Source of the DNA: an uncultured Candidatus Melainabacteria bacterium
GTDB taxonomy: Bacteria; Cyanobacteriota; Vampirovibrionia; Gastranaerophilales; Gastranaerophilaceae
Length of the DNA stretch: 24,000 nucleotides
Assembly (NCBI GenBank): GCA_934699705.1
Contig: CAKUXD010000012.1
Location: 22,683-46,682, forward strand
Direction of reading: 5' to 3'
The notes beneath the pieces were generated by a model. The model was not told the origin of the DNA. It saw only the letters and a program-made list of their open reading frames with translations, and made no database searches. The stretch's first letter is position 1, and each line of letters begins with the position of its first letter. The position numbers and the translations under genes were made by a program. Shown here in pieces: positions 22,970 through 24,000 of the stretch.

Positions 22970-24000
22970 ATGAGAAAATTAATAAATTTATCTGCATTTG
23001 TTTTAGCAATATTGATTATAGTGTTTATGTTAATTCCAACAAAAACAGTTGATAGAAACGCTTCTGTTTATGTAGAGCACGAATGGGATACCTTAGAAAA
23101 CGTTATTTTAGGTTCTCCTAAAATGCTTGCAGTTCCGCAAATTCATAAATCAGTTTTAGGATATGGTTATATTGTAAAAAATGAAAAAATTATGAAGGAA
23201 GCTCCAGGAAAGCCTATTCAGCAAGTTAATCCTTTTGTTTTTTCAAATGTTTTAACAGAATCAGATACAGTTGCTAAAATATTAAAAGATAAATCTATTA
23301 ATATTGTAAGACTAAACCCTGAAGTGCTTGATTTAGCAGAACTTCAATATATGAAAAATGTTCAACAAGGGCACAACTTTATGTATCCAAAAGATGCAGT
23401 ATTTGTTGTTGGTAACAATGTTATAGAGTGTTCTCAACGTGTTCCAATGCGTGATAATGAACGATTTATAGTAAGACGTATTTTTAACAAAATTATGGCA
23501 GAAGACCCTTCTGTAAAATATATTGCAGTTCCTGTTCCATCACCGTCTTTTCCAGATAAAGGATTATATTTAGAGGGTAGTGATGTTTTAGTTGACGGAA
23601 ACAATGTTTATGTAGGTTGCTCAGGAAGAGGAACTTCGCCAGCTGGCGTACGTTGGTTGCAATCAGTTCTTGGGCCAAAATATAAAGTTTATAGAATAGA
23701 TTTTACTGGATTTGTACACTTAAACTCAGTTTTAACTTTAGTTAGACCTGAATTGGGAATTAAAGTTTCAGGTGCTATTACTGGTGAACTGCCAAAACCT
23801 CTTGCAAATTGGGATTTTATAGAAGTTAAACCAGAAGATGCAAAACTTTATGCTACAAGTATTTTGATTGAAGGTCCAAACAAGGTTTTAGTCGATGAAA
23901 GATTTGAATCTCTAATTGATCAATTACGTGCTAAAAATGTTGATGTAACAACGGTTTCTTTTGATGAAATTTCTGAATTTGGTGGTGGTCTAGGTAGTTT
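22970..24000 (+). CDS. Amidinotransferase-fold protein (glycine/inosamine amidinotransferase-like), N-terminally membrane-anchored; 3' end cut by the window edge
   Basis: Not in the supplied track because it has no stop within the window; translated by hand from ATG 22970 (AGGAAGG 7 nt upstream), 343 codons open to the edge. Matches family landmarks VEHEWDTLENVILG (cf. NEWDPLEEVIVG), MYPKDAVFVVGNNVIE (cf. MPRDILIVVGNEIIE), LEGSDVL, VHLNS (cf. MHIDA) and EFGGGLGS (cf. LGGGFHC). Hydrophobic N-terminus LINLSAFVLAILIIVFMLIP. Confidence 0.75.
   Translation, partial: MRKLINLSAFVLAILIIVFMLIPTKTVDRNASVYVEHEWDTLENVILGSPKMLAVPQIHKSVLGYGYIVKNEKIMKEAPGKPIQQVNPFVFSNVLTESDTVAKILKDKSINIVRLNPEVLDLAELQYMKNVQQGHNFMYPKDAVFVVGNNVIECSQRVPMRDNERFIVRRIFNKIMAEDPSVKYIAVPVPSPSFPDKGLYLEGSDVLVDGNNVYVGCSGRGTSPAGVRWLQSVLGPKYKVYRIDFTGFVHLNSVLTLVRPELGIKVSGAITGELPKPLANWDFIEVKPEDAKLYATSILIEGPNKVLVDERFESLIDQLRAKNVDVTTVSFDEISEFGGGLGS

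Overview
Visibly AT-rich, densely coding bacterial chromosomal segment; lineage cannot be assigned from this window. No transposase, integrase, cas gene, CRISPR array or recognisable defence gene was seen.

**Gene content, left to right**
- Tail of an unidentified gene.
- padR-like regulator plus a DUF512 radical-SAM/PDZ protein (- strand).
- uppS, rdgB, prs (+ strand).
- Secreted alpha/beta-fold protein (-).
- 303-aa helical-repeat hypothetical protein (+).
- cinA/pncC-like gene (-).
- 1356-aa GH13 (alpha-amylase family) protein with very large insertions (-).
- Compact flagellar stator/switch block motA-motB-fliL-fliM-fliN (+).
- tRNA-Met(CAT) gene.
- hcp (hybrid-cluster protein, -) with a divergent Crp/Fnr regulator (+).
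- GT-A-like glycosyltransferase (+), hemolysin-III/PAQR membrane protein (-), small Cys-cluster protein (-).
- Detached piece of the spc ribosomal operon, rpsE-rpmD-rplO-secY (+).
- Amidinotransferase-fold gene truncated by the window edge (+).

**Most unusual signal: non-coding array at 14882-15296.** The 3' end of the tRNA-Met gene (T-arm, 3' acceptor strand, discriminator, T-run) is repeated three more times. The copies are interleaved with hairpin-bearing modules in a 252-bp-period arrangement. The two copies of one module differ by a compensatory base-pair change in the hairpin stem. This fits either an array of miniature att-flanked modules at an integrase hot spot or a family of small structured RNAs with tRNA-like 3' tags. 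The sequence alone cannot decide between these.

**Secondary oddities**
- FliM lacks the canonical N-terminal CheY-docking motif.
- The GH13 protein carries an insert of about 520 aa and two substitutions of conserved histidines.
- The amidinotransferase-fold protein has an N-terminal membrane anchor and reads GGGLGS where the family has GGG-x-H-C.
- Ribosomal protein S5 has an acidic N-terminal extension of about 55 aa.
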